Source: Armatimonadota bacterium
GTDB taxonomy: Bacteria > Armatimonadota > UBA5829 > DTLH01
Reading direction: 5' to 3'
Assembly (NCBI GenBank): GCA_039679675.1
Contig: JBDKUN010000028.1
Location: forward strand, 64,001 to 128,000
DNA length: 64,000 nt
Both the position numbers and the translations under genes were made by a program. Below are positions 60,376 to 64,000 of this stretch, one piece after another. The notes beneath the pieces are model-generated. The model ran no database searches. It was given only the letters and a program-made list of their open reading frames with translations, and was not told the DNA's origin. Every line of letters starts with the position of its first letter. The stretch's first letter is position 1.

Positions 60376-61173
60376 TTATTTGATATCAACCACAGAACCG
60401 GGAAACTTCAGCCTCTCTTTATTCGCTTCCCACCACGCAAGTGCCTCTTCGGTAGACCAGTTCAATTGATCCTCTCGAGCCTTCAATTCGGCGGGACTTA
60501 GTTTTGTAGCTATGACGGCATCCGCGTCAGTAAACCTTTTCATGATCGCAACCATTGGCAAGAACCGTTTGTCTCCACCCTTTATCTTCTGAATGATCAA
60601 TGGCAGCGCCTCAACCCCCTGAGACCTGATCCGGTCGAGTATATCCTTTTCTTTAGCTTTATCGCTCTCACTTTCAGGGTTCTTGGGGAGGCTTTCCAGC
60701 TCAGCATAAAGAGTATTGAACGTCTCAGGAAGCTTCTTGCGGCCTTCTTTCCACCACTTTACATACATCTCCATTTTAGCTTGATGATCACCAAACTTGC
60801 CCTCTGGCCATTCATCTTCACGGAATTTCTTGCAAGTAATAAACCATACTATTTCAAGATTGGCACCGCTAAACCGGTCGTTCCACTCGGGGTTGCTCAA
60901 TTCCTTCTCGAACTTTTCGATCATGAAAGGAACGACGCTGGGACCCATTGCTACTAACGCCTTTTCTTCAGGCAGGATTGCAGTGTAAGAGAGAAATGGG
61001 TTTTCACTGATCCATTTTCCTTGTGCTAAAACCCAGGCTTCATACTTACTGTCGAACTCTGCCCGTAGGTCCTTTGTGCCGGAAGGGGTTTCAGACGCGC
61101 AGCAATTCACTGCACCAAACGACAAGCAAACTACAAACAATACTGCTGTGATTACAACCGTTTTTGTATGCAT
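60376..61173 (-). CDS. Hypothetical exported protein inserted between pyrD and pyrF
   Basis: SD AGGAGG, signal peptide, internally repeated HEAT-like G..vvP.iI...WW motifs. Confidence 0.65.
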   Translation of the reverse strand: MHTKTVVITAVLFVVCLSFGAVNCCASETPSGTKDLRAEFDSKYEAWVLAQGKWISENPFLSYTAILPEEKALVAMGPSVVPFMIEKFEKELSNPEWNDRFSGANLEIVWFITCKKFREDEWPEGKFGDHQAKMEMYVKWWKEGRKKLPETFNTLYAELESLPKNPESESDKAKEKDILDRIRSQGVEALPLIIQKIKGGDKRFLPMVAIMKRFTDADAVIATKLSPAELKAREDQLNWSTEEALAWWEANKERLKFPGSVVDIK

Positions 61174-61280
61174 TTCGGCCTCCTGATCAGGGTGTACTTG
61201 CACATAAGGATTAGACTCCTTATCAATCTCTTCGTAAGGGTTCAGAGTTGATAAGTGCAACTTCATTCCGGGCTGACACA

Positions 61281-61347
61281 ACGTCATTCCGAGCTTGACT
61301 CGGAATCCAGGAAGAAAATGGACCCTGAATCAAGTTCAGGGTGACGT
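61281..61347. repeat. Double-hairpin palindromic repeat (RPE/dRS3-like)
   Basis: acgtc-attccgag cttga ctcggaat-cca...tgg-accctgaa tcaag ttcagggt-gacgt. Confidence 0.75.
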
Positions 61348-61465
61348 CGGTTTGTTCAATGTGACGTCTTTCGTCAGTATAACGTGCTGGTTGCTCAGAA
61401 TGATATATAATTCTTATCAAGAGTGAGCTGTTACATCTCTTCGGGTGGGGACCAGCCCCCATCTT

Positions 61466-62374
61466 CTAGCTCCCAACCCCTCCTGTAAGCTCCCGCACGT
61501 CGTCGACGCTCATCTTTTCCATATAATCAGCAATTCCTTCCGCGACGGCGACGGTTGCGGCCGGGTTGACGAACGTTCCGGTCCCTACCGCTACGGCATC
61601 TGCTCCGGCGAGGAGGAACTCCACAGCATCGAGCCCATTTACGATCCCGCCCATGCCGATAATCGGGACATCCACCGCCTGCGCGACCTGCCAGACCATC
61701 CTGAGCGCGACAGGCTTCACTGCCGGGCCGGAAAGCCCTCCGGTGATGTTCGCGAGCTTGAATTTGCGTTTCCACGGGTCGATAGCCGTCCCAAGGAGCG
61801 TGTTTATGAGCGAAAGCGCGTCCGTCCCGGCGTCGACTGCTGCTTGAGCCATCTCTACGACATCAGTCACGTTCGGAGAAAGCTTCGTGATTACCGTAAG
61901 AGAAGTCGCCGCTCTCACTGCGCTGACTACCTCGGCAGTACCTTTGGCAGTCGTCCCGAAGGCCATGCAGCCTTCCTTAACGTTCGGGCAGGAGATGTTT
62001 ATCTCTATCCCTGAGACTCCTTCAGCCACATCCAGCCTCTTTGCGACCTCGGCGTAGTCCTCCACATTCTGCCCGACCACATTCACGATGACCGGAGTGT
62101 CGAAATTCCTCAAAAACGGGAGCTTTTTCTCGATAAAATCGTCCACGCCGTCGTTCTGCAGGCCGATTGCGTTCAGCATCCCGGCAGGAGTCTCGGCTGT
62201 GCGCGGGTAAGGGTTGCCCTTCCAGGGTTTCAGCGCTGTTCCTTTGACGACTATCGCCCCCAGTTTGTTCAAATCCACCAGGTCGGACAGTTCCTGACCG
62301 GAACCGAACGTGCCGGAAGCCGTCATTACGGGGTTTTTCATCCTGATCTTGCCGATCTCAACCGAAAGGTTCAT
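61466..62374 (-). CDS. pyrD: Dihydroorotate dehydrogenase B catalytic subunit
   Basis: [44 protein letters not shown] overlap with pyrK. Confidence 0.96.
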   Translation of the reverse strand: MNLSVEIGKIRMKNPVMTASGTFGSGQELSDLVDLNKLGAIVVKGTALKPWKGNPYPRTAETPAGMLNAIGLQNDGVDDFIEKKLPFLRNFDTPVIVNVVGQNVEDYAEVAKRLDVAEGVSGIEINISCPNVKEGCMAFGTTAKGTAEVVSAVRAATSLTVITKLSPNVTDVVEMAQAAVDAGTDALSLINTLLGTAIDPWKRKFKLANITGGLSGPAVKPVALRMVWQVAQAVDVPIIGMGGIVNGLDAVEFLLAGADAVAVGTGTFVNPAATVAVAEGIADYMEKMSVDDVRELTGGVGS

Positions 62375-63210
62375 TCCCACACAAGCTCCTTTGCATCAAA
62401 AACCGGTCCATCCGTGCAGACCCGGCTGTAGCGCCAGTCTTCGCACGACTCATCGTGGTGGTCGCATGCCTTCGTGACGCAGCCCATGCAGACACCCAGC
62501 CCGCAGGCCATCGTGCTTTCGAGCGACACCTGGCAGCTATCAACTCCATGCACCCGGCAGACCCTCGCGACCTCGCGCATCATCGGCATCGGCCCGCATG
62601 AGTAGACCCTGGTGTTCACTCCGAGGTTCAAAGTCGATTTAAGGCAGTTGTCGAGGAGTTCCGTCACGAGGCCGTTGAACCCGAACGAGCCGTCATCCGT
62701 TGCGACTTCTACATTGACTCCGTGCGCGACGAACTCAGACTGGCAGAGAATCGCTGTGCCAGTCTTTGCACCGACGAGGACTGTCACGTTGCCGCAGCCG
62801 TGCTTATGACAGAGAGCATCCGACAGAAAATGGATTGGAGCAGCGCCGCACCCGCCCGCAACGAGCATGTGGTGGGCATTCGGGTCATCTCCGAGGTCGA
62901 AAGAGCTTCCGAGCGGACCGACGACACTCACCTTGTCGCCGACGTGCATATCTCTTAAAATTTTTGTCCCCCGCCCGATCACGTCGTAGAGGAGTGAAAA
63001 TGTGCCCTTTTCAGGATTGACCGCGTGGACGGAAAATGGACGTCTTAGGAGCGGGTCATAGCAATCGCACACCCGGACGTTCACGAACTGGCCGGGTTTC
63101 GCGGTTTTCGCTATGGTAGGTTCGACCAGCACGCTTCTGAAGATATGCGGAGCGACTTCAATTTGTTCTATTATCTCGCAATCGGCGATTATTCGTTTTG
63201 TTTGTATCAT
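62371..63210 (-). CDS. pyrK: Dihydroorotate dehydrogenase electron-transfer subunit
   Basis: [28 protein letters not shown]...VCTDGPVF. Confidence 0.94.
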   Translation of the reverse strand: MIQTKRIIADCEIIEQIEVAPHIFRSVLVEPTIAKTAKPGQFVNVRVCDCYDPLLRRPFSVHAVNPEKGTFSLLYDVIGRGTKILRDMHVGDKVSVVGPLGSSFDLGDDPNAHHMLVAGGCGAAPIHFLSDALCHKHGCGNVTVLVGAKTGTAILCQSEFVAHGVNVEVATDDGSFGFNGLVTELLDNCLKSTLNLGVNTRVYSCGPMPMMREVARVCRVHGVDSCQVSLESTMACGLGVCMGCVTKACDHHDESCEDWRYSRVCTDGPVFDAKELVWE

Positions 63211-63221
63211 AATGCTGTAAT

Positions 63222-63926
63222 CTATTCTGCTTTAGGCGCGCTCGTTTTCGCCTGATGTTCATGGAGTTTTAAATCAAAAGTAAGCCTTATTTGTTGCTGA
63301 AAACCTCTTACTGTATAATAAAGAATGCACAATGCGTCTTGAGAGGGAGGGGTTTCATTATGTTCCTGCATATATTTTTCAAAAGCGTCCATACCCAATT
63401 TGTATTTATATTCCTCGCTGATGTTTGACGGCATTAGCCGTAAATCAATATTGTTTTCTTCGTAATCGTGAATTGATGTTTCGCACATAGAGCTGTATTT
63501 AAGATTCTTCCCTTTATCGGTTGTCTCCAGCTCCCAAAGAAAAGCACGCAGACCAAGTACAGGTACTCCTGGAGACATATTGCGTAATTGAATGCCTATT
63601 GCATTATCACTTGTTTCACTTATGTATTCATAGCCGCCACGAAAACGTATCTCAGGAGCATATTGTAGTAATCTTGAGAACATCATTTCCTCAAGTGTTT
63701 TAGCCATTATCTCAGTAGATTTTGAAGAGGATGATGCACTTCTGAAGCCTGCAACAGCTATATATGCACTAATAACAGCATATATGCCCGTAATTGGTAA
63801 AAGCAGCCAAGTGGCTTTGTTGGTACCGTTACTCATTGCGATACTGCCCAACCAAATGAATAATCCCATGGAAGCTGGAACAAACACTACATGCTCCCAA
63901 TACCTCCGCAACCAGCCTTGTTTCAT
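63222..63926 (-). CDS. Hypothetical AT-rich membrane-anchored protein
   Basis: 234-aa ORF, SD GAGG, two N-terminal TM segments. Confidence 0.6.
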   Translation of the reverse strand: MKQGWLRRYWEHVVFVPASMGLFIWLGSIAMSNGTNKATWLLLPITGIYAVISAYIAVAGFRSASSSSKSTEIMAKTLEEMMFSRLLQYAPEIRFRGGYEYISETSDNAIGIQLRNMSPGVPVLGLRAFLWELETTDKGKNLKYSSMCETSIHDYEENNIDLRLMPSNISEEYKYKLGMDAFEKYMQEHNETPPSQDALCILYYTVRGFQQQIRLTFDLKLHEHQAKTSAPKAE

Positions 63927-64000
63927 AGTCTGTTCCTCTCATTTAACAAGTTCTTTTATGCTAAATCGCTACGGCTACAGTTTACCTGCCAACGCACACC

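Overview
A gene-dense bacterial chromosome segment. The lineage is probably Armatimonadota or a similar anaerobe, inferred from the PEP-CTERM protein, two prepilin/H-x9-DG proteins and SecA insertions. Core genes: PhoB/PhoR-like two-component pair, rpoZ, dnaJ-prmA-rsmE, tmk, tRNA-Gly(TCC), thiL, nudF, secA and pyrK-pyrD-pyrF. Also present: an hdrCBA-flxDCBA electron-bifurcation cluster, several ion transporters (P-type ATPase, NrmT-like NRAMP, KimA-like), a pilH/pilI/pilG-like ABC module and several glycoside hydrolases. The most interesting signal is a duplicated ~150 nt structured leader at 17369-17549 and 18007-18176 in the NRAMP locus. It has covarying stems that hide a strong Shine-Dalgarno and the TTG start of a short ORF carrying a conserved EPPSxDDxG motif, making it a candidate novel Mg2+/metal-responsive switch. 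Other unexplained structure: three integrase-free cargo units bounded by duplicated gene 3' ends (phoR tail around a toxin-antitoxin pair, tRNA-Gly tail around a DUF4375 lipoprotein, RAYT tail plus REPIN), oriented 7-bp periodic repeats at operon junctions, a DnaA-box cluster and a long hairpin in the secA leader. All functional calls come from motif recognition by eye; no searches were run.
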